A stretch of 64,000 nt of DNA from Candidatus Latescibacterota bacterium. Its GTDB lineage: Bacteria; Latescibacterota; UBA2968; UBA8231. A model generated the notes under the pieces. That model was not told the origin of the DNA. It saw only the letters and a list, made by a program, of their open reading frames with translations, and did not search any database. This document shows positions 27,459 to 41,736 of this stretch, in pieces. The position numbers were made by a program, and so were the translations under genes. Positions within the stretch are counted from its first letter, which is position 1. Every line of letters starts with the position of its first letter. Location of the stretch: assembly GCA_965217585.1 (NCBI GenBank), contig OZ244561.1, positions 6,528,001 through 6,592,000 on the forward strand, written 5' to 3'.

Positions 27459-28571
27459 TCAGGTTTTCCAGCGAAACCATCCCCAACGGCCGAGGATCGT
27501 AAAAATCAGCACATAAGGAATATATAAAACTTCCGCTAGCGGCAAATAGCATAGGTGCGTGCGCTCCTCGGGCGCGGCCATCCGCTTGAGTAACAAAAAG
27601 TCAACAACCCAGCGCATAAACCACGCGCCCGCGACCCATCCATCCCAGCTTTGCGTCCATAGCATCTGCACCAGCCCCCAAGCGAGAAAGCCGTGGAACA
27701 GATAGACACCTACGGCCAAATAGAATGCGCGGCCCTTGTAGTGGCCTCCTTTGGCAGCATGCCGCAGCTTTTGCTGCACCGCGTCCGCGAGCTTGGCCGG
27801 CGGCGGCTGCGAGAGGACGACGGCCCGGCTGTTAAACGCCATGGCCCACCTCCCTTGGGCACTCAACAGGCGCATGAAGTACACATCGTCGCCCCCGATC
27901 AGATGCCCGATTTGCGCGAAGCCACCTAGCTCGTCGTACACTCGGCGACGGTAGCCCAAATTGCGGCCTGTACACGACAGTGGGTGCCCCATGCCAAAGC
28001 TGCCCGCCCCCAGCGCCCCGACCCCGATATTGTCCACGGCCAAGACCTTGGCCAACACGCCGGAGACCGGATCGGGCCGCGCGTACCCGGCGACTAAGCC
28101 AACCTCTGGCGCAAAGTGAGCCACCATCGAGCGGACCCAGTCTGTAGGCGGGCGGCAATCGGCATCGGTAAAGAGCAATATCTCCCCAGTGCTCGCTGCA
28201 ATCCCCTCGGCTAAAGCGCTTTTCTTCGGGCATTTAAACCGCCCGTCTGGCGCGGCCTGCACGCCCTTGAGCGTCGGCCAAGTCGCCGCCTTTGCGGCAA
28301 TGAGGTCCCAAGTTCGGTCGCGCGAGCGGTCGTCCACGACGATCACTTCAAACGCCCCCTGATAGTCCTGACGGGCGAGAGCGTCCAAGCAGTGCGGCAA
28401 GGTCGCCTCCTCATCGCGCGCCGCGACGATGGCGCTGACCGAGAGCCGACCACCGACTAGGGCCGGGCCGGGCCGCCGCCCGCTCAAGCCGCGCCACAGC
28501 CAGAGAACGCTGCCCACGTAGATCGCACCGCTCAAGAGCAAACCCGCCTTTTGCAGATCCACAAGCTCCAT
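27459..28571 (-). CDS. Membrane glycosyltransferase, family 2
   Basis: IVAARDE, VDDRSRD, KKSAL, TDADC, GGDD, QKLRH; paralogue of 25182-26378. Confidence 0.9.
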   Translation of the reverse strand: MELVDLQKAGLLLSGAIYVGSVLWLWRGLSGRRPGPALVGGRLSVSAIVAARDEEATLPHCLDALARQDYQGAFEVIVVDDRSRDRTWDLIAAKAATWPTLKGVQAAPDGRFKCPKKSALAEGIAASTGEILLFTDADCRPPTDWVRSMVAHFAPEVGLVAGYARPDPVSGVLAKVLAVDNIGVGALGAGSFGMGHPLSCTGRNLGYRRRVYDELGGFAQIGHLIGGDDVYFMRLLSAQGRWAMAFNSRAVVLSQPPPAKLADAVQQKLRHAAKGGHYKGRAFYLAVGVYLFHGFLAWGLVQMLWTQSWDGWVAGAWFMRWVVDFLLLKRMAAPEERTHLCYLPLAEVLYIPYVLIFTILGRWGWFRWKT

Positions 28572-28580
28572 AAGGCGGCC

Positions 28581-32829
<4,249 letters not shown>

Positions 32830-32837
<8 letters not shown>

Positions 32838-33684
32838 CGCCTGCTTCGCCCGTGTATAAATCGGGATTGCCCAACTGGGCAAAGCCCTCGTCAAACCCCT
32901 GGTAGAACCTTTCCACAGCTGACTCGCCCAGCCTGACGACCTTCTCGTAGACTTGGTCTGAGGGCAACAGCGGACGAGCTAAGGCCGCGCCATCCTTAAA
33001 GCGGGCCCAGTGCTGGAGCCAATCCCCGAGGACCTTGCTCCCTAGGTGGGCAAACGCCAATGTACACAGGGGATTGGGGCGGTGGCCGGCCACGCGGATG
33101 TGCCCTCCCCACCAGAGAATTTTGGGAATTCGCTGGAGCCACCGGGCGGTGGCCTCCTCCCCTCGTTCCAGCAGGCTCTCGTCGGCATCTCGGCCGTAGA
33201 AAGCCTCCCCCACTGCCCCTAACAAGCTGTGGCCATCAGCGCGGCGGGGAAAGTGCAAGCGCGCGTTCCACAGCCCGTCCATCCCCTCGCCGGCCAGCAA
33301 GCGGCAATCAATCCCCCATTCCAAGCGCAGGTGCCACAAATCGGGCGAGGCCGGCCGGGTGCCCTCGCTGAGCAAGGCGGCCACGCAGTCCTCAACCCAA
33401 GGATGCACGGCCATATCTGTATAGACGTGCAATCCCCAACCCGCGGCAAACGCCCGCTCGTTAGCGCTGGAGGCCCCTTGGGTCAGGGCGCGCAAAAAGT
33501 CACCGGGCCGCTCCAGATGCGCGCGATGCGACAAGGCCGCGGGGCCGCCGGGGAAAAAACCGATATCCGGGCCTACAGAACCAGCGGCAAAGGCCGCCGG
33601 CATCTCTACCTCGCCCGCGCAGTCGCCAAAAACTAGGGGAAAGACGCGCTCGGCCAGCCACAAGTGGAAGAAGCTACCCGCCAA
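32830..33684 (-). CDS. Zinc-dependent phospholipase C family protein
   Basis: N-terminal H, GSVGPDIG, GWGLHVYTDMAVHP, HLRLEWGID metal-ligand pattern. Confidence 0.8.
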
Positions 33685-33687
33685 ACT

Positions 33688-34206
33688 CTAGAACGGCAGG
33701 TCGTCGTCATCGCCACCCGGCGGCGGGGGCGCGGCGGGCTGAGTGCCAGGCTGAGTGCCAGCGCGATCGCCGTCATAGCCCGAACCACCGCCAGTGCGCC
33801 CATCGCCAAAGTCCGAACCGCCGCCAGCACGACTGCCGCCCTCGTCACCATAGCCCGAACCACCGCCCTCGCCGCGAGAATCGAGCATCTGCATGTCGTT
33901 GACCACGACCTCGGTCATATAGCGCTTCTGGCCGCTCTGGTCGTCCCAAGAACGAGTCTGCAACCTGCCCTCGACATAGATCTTAGCACCCTTTTTGAGG
34001 TACTGCCCGGCGATCTCGGCCAGCTTGCTCCAGAGCACGAGCCGGTGCCACTCGGTCCGCTCCTGGCGCTGGCCATCCTTGTCGTTCCAAGACTCGTTGG
34101 TCGCCAAGCTGAAATTGGCTACGGGCGCGCCATTTGGCGTGTATTTCACTTCGGGGTCGCTGCCCAAATTGCCGATCAAGATTACTTTGTTTACCCCACG
34201 GGCCAT
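33688..34206 (-). CDS. ssb: Single-stranded DNA-binding protein
   Basis: [31 protein letters not shown], Gly-rich linker, DDDDLPF. Confidence 0.98.
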   Translation of the reverse strand: MARGVNKVILIGNLGSDPEVKYTPNGAPVANFSLATNESWNDKDGQRQERTEWHRLVLWSKLAEIAGQYLKKGAKIYVEGRLQTRSWDDQSGQKRYMTEVVVNDMQMLDSRGEGGGSGYGDEGGSRAGGGSDFGDGRTGGGSGYDGDRAGTQPGTQPAAPPPPGGDDDDLPF

Positions 34207-34327
34207 ATATTCGCTCCTTTTTGCGGGCGCGCCGCAAGCGCGTACGCACCCATTAATGTTCGCAATTTCGCTTATCTTAGGCGCAAGCCTTGGCCCAGTC
34301 AAGGCCAGCCCCAGCCCTCCGGCGGGC

Positions 34328-34356
34328 TTGACTTTCTCCGATGGCTTCCCTATTCT
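34328..34356 (+). promoter_or_regulatory. sigma-70-type promoter about 200 nt upstream of ftsA
   Basis: TTGACT-N17-TATTCT. Confidence 0.6.
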
Positions 34357-34561
34357 TCCATATCCTTAATTATTTAAGTGCTTACGGTGGGCCGACTTCC
34401 CCCTTTGTCTGGCGTTGTAAGCACTAGTAATTTGGGGTCGAGTGCCCCAATCCGTCGCATCACTGCCGCTAGACGGTAGCCTTTCTCCCCCCAGTACGTC
34501 CTCGCCTTGCTCCTGCTGCGCTGCATTTTGCGGCTGCGCTTAGAAAGAAGGTACGCCGACC

Positions 34562-35776
34562 ATGGCTGGATCCCCCGTCGTCGTTCTCGATGTTGGTGCC
34601 TCAAAAGTTCTATGCCTAGTCGGCGAGGTGCAAAACAATTCCCAAGTCAAAATCTTGGGCCTAGGGCAAAGCCCCTGCACCGGACTGCGCCGCAGCACCG
34701 TCATCGACATGCCCCAAGTAGCAGAGTCCATCCGCGCGGCCCTCGCCGAAGCCGAGCGCTCGACCGGCCTCAAAATCGCCGGGGCCTACCTGGGCATGGC
34801 CGGCGAAGGCATCAGCGCCCAGACGAGTCCCAGCACGGTAGGCATCTCCGGCTCCTCCAACCCCATCTCCGAAGAGGACCGGGACCGCGCCCTACTCGCC
34901 GTCGCGCAGGAACAGATCGCCGAAGACCAGACGGTGATACACCGCTTCGTCCAGAGCTATGCCGTCGATGGAGAGCTGGTGCAAAACCCGCTCTGGCTGC
35001 ACGGCAACCGCCTGTCAATCGAGGTGTTGACCGTTTCTGTGGCCGAACATCTATGCACGGCCTTTCGCCACGCTGCCTCCAAGGCCGGCGTTGAGATCGC
35101 CGGCGTCGTCCTCGAAAGCGTCGGCGTTGCCCACGCCATTTTGTCTCAAGACGAGCGCGACATGGGCGTCGCCCTGCTCGATCTCGGTGCCGGCACCTGC
35201 GACCTAGCCGTTTTCCAAGGTCCAATGCGGCACGTGGAGGAAATTCCGCTGGGGGGCGACGATATAACGCGCGATCTCTCGGTCGTTTTGAGCATCCCAA
35301 TCCGCGAAGCCGAGCAGCTCAAATGCCGCTTCGGCAGCGTTAGCTGTCCCGGGGAAGACGGCGATGAGACCGTCACGTACCACACGACCGCCGGCCGCGC
35401 CTGTACCTTAACCAAGCAGCAGGTCAGCATGGTCATCGAAGCCCGGCAGCGCGAGATTTTTGAGTACGTGCGCCAAGCCCTCGTCAATACCCCATACAAC
35501 GACCGCTTGGCCGCTGGCATCGTGCTCACCGGCGGCGGGGCCGCACTCGAGCAGATCGCGCCGCTCGCCGAGGAGGTGTTCGGTCACCACGTCCGCATTG
35601 GCGTCCCCCAAGACGTGATCGCCCCGATCGCGGTCAACGACCCCAGCTATGCCACCGCGATCGGGCTGTTGCGCTTTGTCGCCGATGGACACAGCGCCCC
35701 GGTCGAGTCGCCCGACGCCGACCGGACCCGCAACAGCGTTGCCCACGCGCTGGGCAAACTGTTCAATTTCTTTTAA
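34562..35776 (+). CDS. ftsA: Cell division protein FtsA
   Basis: LDVGASKV, LLDLGAGTCD, GGDDITRDL, AEQLK, GIVLTGGGA, YATAIGL, C-terminal amphipathic helix LGKLFNFF. Confidence 0.93.
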   Translation: MAGSPVVVLDVGASKVLCLVGEVQNNSQVKILGLGQSPCTGLRRSTVIDMPQVAESIRAALAEAERSTGLKIAGAYLGMAGEGISAQTSPSTVGISGSSNPISEEDRDRALLAVAQEQIAEDQTVIHRFVQSYAVDGELVQNPLWLHGNRLSIEVLTVSVAEHLCTAFRHAASKAGVEIAGVVLESVGVAHAILSQDERDMGVALLDLGAGTCDLAVFQGPMRHVEEIPLGGDDITRDLSVVLSIPIREAEQLKCRFGSVSCPGEDGDETVTYHTTAGRACTLTKQQVSMVIEARQREIFEYVRQALVNTPYNDRLAAGIVLTGGGAALEQIAPLAEEVFGHHVRIGVPQDVIAPIAVNDPSYATAIGLLRFVADGHSAPVESPDADRTRNSVAHALGKLFNFF

Positions 35777-35801
35777 TGCGCAGCGCGGACCGGGGCGGTT
35801 C

Positions 35802-35830
35802 TTGACACCGTAGCTGGCCTCGCCTAGTTT
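35802..35830 (+). promoter_or_regulatory. sigma-70-type promoter of tRNA-Thr
   Basis: TTGACA-N17-TAGTTT. Confidence 0.6.
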
Positions 35831-35845
35831 CTTCTTCACAGCATG

Positions 35846-35921
35846 GCCGCCATAGCTCAGTTGGTAGAGCAACTCACTCGTAATGAGTAGGTCCCCGGTT
35901 CAAGTCCGGGTGGCGGCTCCA
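35846..35921 (+). tRNA. tRNA-Thr (anticodon CGT)
   Basis: Acceptor stem GCCGCCA/TGGCGGC, D-arm TAGCTCAGTTGGTAGAGC, anticodon arm ACTCA-CTCGTAA-TGAGT, T-loop GGTTCAAGTCC, encoded CCA; 76 nt. Confidence 0.97.
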
Positions 35922-35927
35922 CAACGC

Positions 35928-35992
35928 AACGAGGGCTTGCGCACTAGTTCGGCCCCAGTACTGAGGCCGGACGGCTCGCAAGCCCTCGTTTA
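35928..35992 (+). terminator. Long hairpin downstream of the tRNA, probable terminator
   Basis: 14-bp stem AACGAGGGCTTGCG/CGCAAGCCCTCGTT with an inner stem and a short T-run. Confidence 0.6.
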
Positions 35993-36016
35993 CATTGACC
36001 CCTTCCCGCTCAGCCT

Positions 36017-36430
36017 GTGTCTGTTCTAGATCTCCCCACGCTAAACGCCTGCCTCAACACCTTGTGCGTGTTCCTGCTCGTGCGCGGCTTCCTGCAGATC
36101 CGCCGCGGTGCGCGCCAAGCCCACCAAAAGTCTATGCTAGGTGCCCTCGTCTGCTCCGCGCTCTTCCTCTGTTCGTATTTGGTTTACCACGTTCAGGTAG
36201 GTTCGGTGCCCTATCCCCACCACGACTGGACCCGCCCCCTGTACTTCGCCGTGCTCATACCCCACGTGGTCCTCGCTGCGCTGATGGCTCCTTTCGTGGC
36301 CCTCGTCGTCTGGCGCGCTTACAACCAAGATTTCGCCCGCCACCGCCGGTTGGCGCGCTGGGTCTGGCCGGTGTGGATATTTGTCTCGGTTAGCGGCGTG
36401 GTGGTCTATCTAATGCTCTACCGGCTCTGA
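36017..36430 (+). CDS. DUF420 family membrane protein
   Basis: LPTLNACLN, AHQKSM, FLCSYLVYH, RHRRLARW...WIFVSVSGVVVY. Confidence 0.88.
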   Translation: MSVLDLPTLNACLNTLCVFLLVRGFLQIRRGARQAHQKSMLGALVCSALFLCSYLVYHVQVGSVPYPHHDWTRPLYFAVLIPHVVLAALMAPFVALVVWRAYNQDFARHRRLARWVWPVWIFVSVSGVVVYLMLYRL

Positions 36431-36432
36431 AA

Positions 36433-37197
36433 TCAGGGGCCACGACTGCGAGCCACCATCCAAGCGGCCCCGGCGGTCGTCAGCACTGTCCAGCCGCCGG
36501 TGACCAGTAAAGCGCGCACAAACGCCGCGTCGGCTATCAGTTGGGCCGGTGACAAGTAGAACGCCTTGCGCAAAACGACCAGCGCGTAAGTCACGGGATT
36601 GCACTGCATCACCCACTCGAGCCAAGGCGCGGCCCCTTCAATGGGAAAGAGCGCACCGGAAAGAAACCACAAGGGGATGAGCACGACGCTCATCACCGCG
36701 TGGTAGCCAGCCACTGAATCCAACTTCCACGCGACCATGAAGCCCAAACCCGTGAAACCCATGCCGATCAGCGCGCAGAGGGCCAAGAGCGCCAAGATCA
36801 TCTCCACAGCCAAGCCAATGCCGGCTACCGGCGCCAGCAGCAAAAATACAAGCACCTGCAAGAGGGCGATGAGCGTACCACCGATTAGCTTGCCCAGTGC
36901 TATGCTCAGGCGTGGCACCGGGGCTACTAGCACGCCTTGTAAAAAGCCGACGCTGCGGTCTTCGATGAGGGTGATGGTGGAAAAAATCGCCGCGAATAGC
37001 AGGAGCATCAGCACGACGCCCGGATAGAAGAATTCTCCGTAGCTCAACTCGCTGCCCCCGCTGATGAAGCTATCGGCAAAACCCGAGCCCATGAAAAACC
37101 ACAGCATCAGCGGCTGCACCAAGCTCCCCAGAAGCCGAGAAGGCTGACGGAAAAAGCGCAGCACTTCGCGCTGGGCCAGAATCCAGACGCCGTTCAA
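36433..37197 (-). CDS. ABC-2 type exporter permease
   Basis: REVLRFFRQ, FFYPG, VLVAPVPR, FLSGALFP, NPVTY; 6 TM. Confidence 0.92.
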   Translation of the reverse strand: MNGVWILAQREVLRFFRQPSRLLGSLVQPLMLWFFMGSGFADSFISGGSELSYGEFFYPGVVLMLLLFAAIFSTITLIEDRSVGFLQGVLVAPVPRLSIALGKLIGGTLIALLQVLVFLLLAPVAGIGLAVEMILALLALCALIGMGFTGLGFMVAWKLDSVAGYHAVMSVVLIPLWFLSGALFPIEGAAPWLEWVMQCNPVTYALVVLRKAFYLSPAQLIADAAFVRALLVTGGWTVLTTAGAAWMVARSRGP

Positions 37198-38147
37198 GCG
37201 GCGTTTCCTTCCTCGAGGTGCTGGCCGGTATGGCGCACGAACACATCGTCGAGCGAAGGAGGGGCCAGTGACAGCGAGCGGATCTGGGAGCCGAAGCGCT
37301 GAAATACCTCGTCGAGGCTGATGCCGCTTTTGAGTGGGACGCGCAAGTCCTGATCGACTACTAGACCCTCTAGGCCCATGGCGTGACGCAGTGCGGCTTG
37401 TAGCGCGACCGCATCGTCGCTGCGCAGCGTGAGGATTTCACGCCCCAATTGGCGCTGTAAGACCCTTGGGGGACCGCAGACGAGTAGCTGCCCTTGGTGC
37501 AAAATGGCGACTCGATCAGCGCGCTCGGCTTCGTCTAAGAGGTGGGTCGAGACCACGACCGTGAGCTGTTCATCCGCCCTGAGAGCCTCCACTTGGTGCC
37601 AGAAATCTTGGCGCGCCACTGGATCCAACCCGGCCGTCGGCTCGTCGAGCAAGAGAATCGTCGGCGTTGGCAGCAGCGCTTTGGCCAATTCAACGCGCCG
37701 CCGCATGCCTCCAGACAGCTTCTCCACTCGTTCGTTGCGCCGCTCCCACAAGCCGACGGCCTCCAGCAGCCGTTGGCTGCGCTGGCGCACGGAGCGGCGG
37801 CCCATGCCGTAGAGCAAACCCGCTGTCCACAAGTTTTCGCCGACCGTCATTTTCCCATCGAGTGCAGGATTTTGAAAGACCACTCCCAATTGGCGGCGCA
37901 CCGCCGACGGATTTTGCCCCAAGAGCGCATCGCCGACTCGCACCGCGCCCGAGGTCGGCACCAGTGCGGTGGTCAGCACGCGCAGGAGCGTGGATTTACC
38001 ACTGCCATTAGGCCCCAACAGGGCCATCGTCTCCCCGGAATGGATGTCGAGATCGATCTCTTGGAGCGCACGGCGGCCCTTTCTCTTGCGCGTACCCGCA
38101 TAGACGTGAGAAAGCTGCGAGATGCTGATGAGCACTTGGGGGTCCAA
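37194..38147 (-). CDS. ABC exporter ATP-binding protein
   Basis: GPNGSGKST, LSGGMRRR, LLDEPTAGLDP, STH; TTG start after CAGGAG. Confidence 0.93.
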   Translation of the reverse strand: MDPQVLISISQLSHVYAGTRKRKGRRALQEIDLDIHSGETMALLGPNGSGKSTLLRVLTTALVPTSGAVRVGDALLGQNPSAVRRQLGVVFQNPALDGKMTVGENLWTAGLLYGMGRRSVRQRSQRLLEAVGLWERRNERVEKLSGGMRRRVELAKALLPTPTILLLDEPTAGLDPVARQDFWHQVEALRADEQLTVVVSTHLLDEAERADRVAILHQGQLLVCGPPRVLQRQLGREILTLRSDDAVALQAALRHAMGLEGLVVDQDLRVPLKSGISLDEVFQRFGSQIRSLSLAPPSLDDVFVRHTGQHLEEGNAA

Positions 38148-38415
38148 CGGAAATCTCCTGAAATCGAAAGGGCTGGGCGCGTTGAGGCTACAAGACAAAA
38201 AATTGGGAAATTAACCGATTCCTAGCCAGCGTCAAGAAAGCGATACAGATTGACACTGCTTGCCTTTTCGTATAAATTTTCGTCTTCAGTCTTGGTTGTA
38301 AAAAAATTTCCGATCCATACTTTTGCGCTAGACCTTAAGTTCGCAGCCCGCGTCCTCTATGGATGGGCGCGAAGCTCGGCACACCCGAATCACTTTTTTA
38401 GGTAGGGCCGACAGT

Positions 38416-39447
38416 ATGTCAACTCAAACCAAGTCTGCACGCTGGTACCGCACACTCTTGCTCGGCGCGGCTATCGCGCTGGTGGGAGCGGCGTTGCCGC
38501 TTGGGGCGTTGTGGTATTTGAACCAACCGACCTACGAATACCCAGCGCGCCAGATCCACATCCCCCAAGGCGCGAGCGCCCGCTGGATCGGCCAGTTGTT
38601 AGAGCGGGAAAACCTGATCCATAACGCGCACGTTTTTGCCTGGACCGTCCGGCTCAAGGGCCTCGGGCATCAGCTCAAGGCGGGTACCTATCAGCTCGAC
38701 GGCACCGGCACGACAGCCGCCATTGCCCAATCCCTGCTCAAGGCCCCCATCCAGACCCAGCCCGCGACGATCCCCGAAGGCCTGAATCGCCACCAGATCG
38801 CGGGCCAGCTACAGGCCGCAGGCGTGGCGGACTCCGCCCGCTTTATCGCCGCCACCGAAGATTCGCATTTCATCCGCCAGCTCGGCGTGGACGCGCCCAC
38901 TCTCGAAGGCTACCTCTTCCCCGAGACGTACTTCTTCGACCTAAACGTCGATGAACGCGCCATCGCCTCCCTCATGGTCAACCAGTTCCACCGCGTATTC
39001 ACCGACTCTCTGCGCCAGCAACTCAAGGCGCGTGGTCTTTCGCTGCACCAAGCCGTGACGTTAGCCTCGATCGTCGAGCGTGAAGCTGTAGCCGTCGAGG
39101 AGCAACCCATTATCTCCGGCGTCTTCCAGCGCCGCCTCAAGCTCAACCGCCGCCTCGAATCCTGCGCGACCGTCAACTACGCTCTCGGCACCTCCAAGAA
39201 GCGGCTGACCTATGCCGACTTGGAGGTGGATTCGCCCTTCAACACCTATCTCCACCACGGCCTGCCCCCCGGACCCATTAGCAATCCCGGCCGCACAGCC
39301 CTCCTCGCCGTACTCTACCCCGAGGAAACCGAGTATCTCTACTTCGTCTCCCGCGGCGACGGTACCCACATCTTCAGCCGCACCAACAAGGAACACGAGC
39401 GCGCCAAGCGCCGGATCAAGCTAGCCCAGCGTATGCAGACGAACTGA
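38416..39447 (+). CDS. mltG: Endolytic transglycosylase MltG (YceG)
   Basis: N-terminal TM, TIPEG, LEGYLFPETY, LASIVERE, SPFNTY, GLPPGPISNPG, YLYFV. Confidence 0.95.
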   Translation: MSTQTKSARWYRTLLLGAAIALVGAALPLGALWYLNQPTYEYPARQIHIPQGASARWIGQLLERENLIHNAHVFAWTVRLKGLGHQLKAGTYQLDGTGTTAAIAQSLLKAPIQTQPATIPEGLNRHQIAGQLQAAGVADSARFIAATEDSHFIRQLGVDAPTLEGYLFPETYFFDLNVDERAIASLMVNQFHRVFTDSLRQQLKARGLSLHQAVTLASIVEREAVAVEEQPIISGVFQRRLKLNRRLESCATVNYALGTSKKRLTYADLEVDSPFNTYLHHGLPPGPISNPGRTALLAVLYPEETEYLYFVSRGDGTHIFSRTNKEHERAKRRIKLAQRMQTN

Positions 39448-39449
39448 GG

Positions 39450-41666
39450 ATGTCCATACTAGACGCCCTCAATCCAGAGCAACGCCGCGCCGCCGAGACC
39501 GAGGGCGGTCCGCTGTTGATCCTCGCCGGGGCCGGTTCGGGCAAAACCCGCGTGCTCACTCATCGCATCGCCTTCCTCATCAAAGAAGTCGGCGTGGCCC
39601 CGTGGCGCATCCTCGCCGCGACCTTTACCAACAAGGCCGCGGGCGAAATGCGCGAGCGCATCGAGCAGCTAGTCGGATCGGCCGCCGCCGATCTATGGAT
39701 CGGCACCTTCCACTCGATCTGTGCACGCATCCTCCGCCACCAAGCCGAAGGGTTTGGTTTAGATCCCAACTTCTCCATCTATGACGAAGACGACCGCCGC
39801 GCCACCATCCGCCGCGTCCTCGACGCCCACCAGATCGACGAGCGCGAGCTCGCCCCGCGCGCGGTCGTCAGCCAGATCAGCCGCGCCAAGAATGCCATGC
39901 TCGACCCGTTGGAATTTGCTCACCAAGCGAGCGAGAACCAGCGGCAAATCGCCGAACTCTACGCCGACTACGAGCGCGAGTTGCGCCGCAACCAAGCTCT
40001 TGATTTTGACGATCTGCTCGTCGAGGTCGTGCGCCAGTTCGACCGCCACCCGGACATTCTGCAAATCTACCAAGAGCGCTTTGAGCACCTGCTCGTCGAT
40101 GAATACCAAGACACGAACCGACCCCAGTACTTGCTCTGCCGCCAGCTAGCGGCCCGCCACCGCAACATCTGCGTGGTCGGGGACGACGACCAGTCGATCT
40201 ACCAATTTCGCGGTGCCGACATCCGCAACATCCTCGACTTTGAGCGCGATTACCCGGACGCCCGCAGCGTGAGGCTGGAGCAAAACTACCGCTCCACCGG
40301 CCGCATTCTCGCCGCAGCCAACGCCGTCATCAGCCACAACCAAGGCCGCAAAGGCAAAGAGCTGTGGACGGCCGGCCCCGAGGGCGACCCGGTCGCGGTC
40401 GTCGAATGCGACTCGGACCGCCGCGAGGCCCGCCACGTGGTCGATGCCATCCGCCGCTACGACCGCTTGGGACGCTACGGCCTCGGGGACGCCGCCGTGC
40501 TCTACCGCACCAATGCCCAGTCGCGACCCTTTGAAGAGGAGCTACAGCGCGCCGGCCTCTCCTATGTAATCGTCGGGGGTATCCGCTTTTACGATCGCCG
40601 AGAAATCCGCGACGTGCTATCCTATTTGCGTCTGTTGGTCAACCCGGCCGACGACATTGCCCTGCGCCGCATCGTCAATACGCCCCGGCGCGGCATTGGC
40701 GACACCTCCCTCGACCGCTTGCAGGCTTTCGCCCAAGCCAAGGGCTGGAGCCTCTCCACGGCGCTCGAACACCTCGACGACGTACCCGGCCTCAGCGGCC
40801 GCGCGCAAAAGAGCCTCGCAGCTTTCGCCGCCCTGATCGGCGAGCTGATGGCAGCCACCGAGGCGCTCTCCCTGCCCGAACTAGGCTTTGCCGTCGTCGA
40901 AAAGAGTGGGTACCGCGCGATGCTCGCGGACGAAAACACCCCAGAAGCCGAGGCGCGCTTGCAGAATCTCGACCAGTTACTGGCCGAAATGACCGAGTAC
41001 GCGGACGCGAACCCCGACTCGACTTTAGCGACCTATCTCGAAGAAAAGTCGCTGCTGACCTCGGCGGACGAAAGCGACAGCGATGGCAACGCCATTACCT
41101 TGATGACTCTACACAGCGCCAAGGGCCTAGAGTTTCCCTTGGTTTTTGTCTGCGGCCTCGAAGAAAACCTCTTCCCCACGGCGCGGGCCGTCGGCGATCC
41201 CCAAGCCATTGAAGAGGAGCGCCGGCTCTGCTACGTGGGCATGACCCGTGCGCAAGAGCAGCTCAGTCTCACCTACGCCCTGCGCCGCTATGCGTACGGC
41301 TCACTGCTAGCGACCGAACCCTCGCGTTTTTTGGGCGAAATCCCTGCCGAGCTGACGGCCCAGAGCTACGAGTTGGACCGCGGTTTTGCCCGCTCGCGGC
41401 AGCGCGTCGACCCGCCGCGCCGCAAAAAGGCTCCCGAGGGGGTCCACTACGAGTGGGACGCCGAGCGGGAGCGGTCGCCTGGCTTCGACGAGCTTGTCGC
41501 CCAAGACGACTTCCTCGCCGTTGGCCAGTGGGTGCGCCACCCCCAATGGGGTCGCGGCCAGATCGTCAACCGCGAAGGGCACGGCGAAAAAATGAAGCTC
41601 TCGATCCGCTTTCAGACGCGGATCAAACGCATCGCCGTCGCGTACGCCCAGCTCGAACCTGCCTGA
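39450..41666 (+). CDS. pcrA: ATP-dependent DNA helicase PcrA/UvrD
   Basis: AGAGSGKT, TFTNKAA, VDEYQD, VGDDDQSIY, LEQNYRST, HSAKGLEF, EERRLCYVGMTRA, C-terminal Tudor-like domain. Confidence 0.96.
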   Translation: MSILDALNPEQRRAAETEGGPLLILAGAGSGKTRVLTHRIAFLIKEVGVAPWRILAATFTNKAAGEMRERIEQLVGSAAADLWIGTFHSICARILRHQAEGFGLDPNFSIYDEDDRRATIRRVLDAHQIDERELAPRAVVSQISRAKNAMLDPLEFAHQASENQRQIAELYADYERELRRNQALDFDDLLVEVVRQFDRHPDILQIYQERFEHLLVDEYQDTNRPQYLLCRQLAARHRNICVVGDDDQSIYQFRGADIRNILDFERDYPDARSVRLEQNYRSTGRILAAANAVISHNQGRKGKELWTAGPEGDPVAVVECDSDRREARHVVDAIRRYDRLGRYGLGDAAVLYRTNAQSRPFEEELQRAGLSYVIVGGIRFYDRREIRDVLSYLRLLVNPADDIALRRIVNTPRRGIGDTSLDRLQAFAQAKGWSLSTALEHLDDVPGLSGRAQKSLAAFAALIGELMAATEALSLPELGFAVVEKSGYRAMLADENTPEAEARLQNLDQLLAEMTEYADANPDSTLATYLEEKSLLTSADESDSDGNAITLMTLHSAKGLEFPLVFVCGLEENLFPTARAVGDPQAIEEERRLCYVGMTRAQEQLSLTYALRRYAYGSLLATEPSRFLGEIPAELTAQSYELDRGFARSRQRVDPPRRKKAPEGVHYEWDAERERSPGFDELVAQDDFLAVGQWVRHPQWGRGQIVNREGHGEKMKLSIRFQTRIKRIAVAYAQLEPA

Positions 41667-41736
41667 GCGGCCCATTGCCCCAGAGAGGGTCGATCTTTAG
41701 TTTTTATAACTTATCTCATTTCCTTGTTCTCGACTT

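Noticed and set aside
33700-33880. Short repeats in the ssb 3' region
   Set aside because: Ordinary Gly/Pro-rich SSB linker.
35846-35921. tRNA-Thr as an island integration site
   Set aside because: No second copy of its 3' end noticed, no integrase, and the flanks are ordinary genes.
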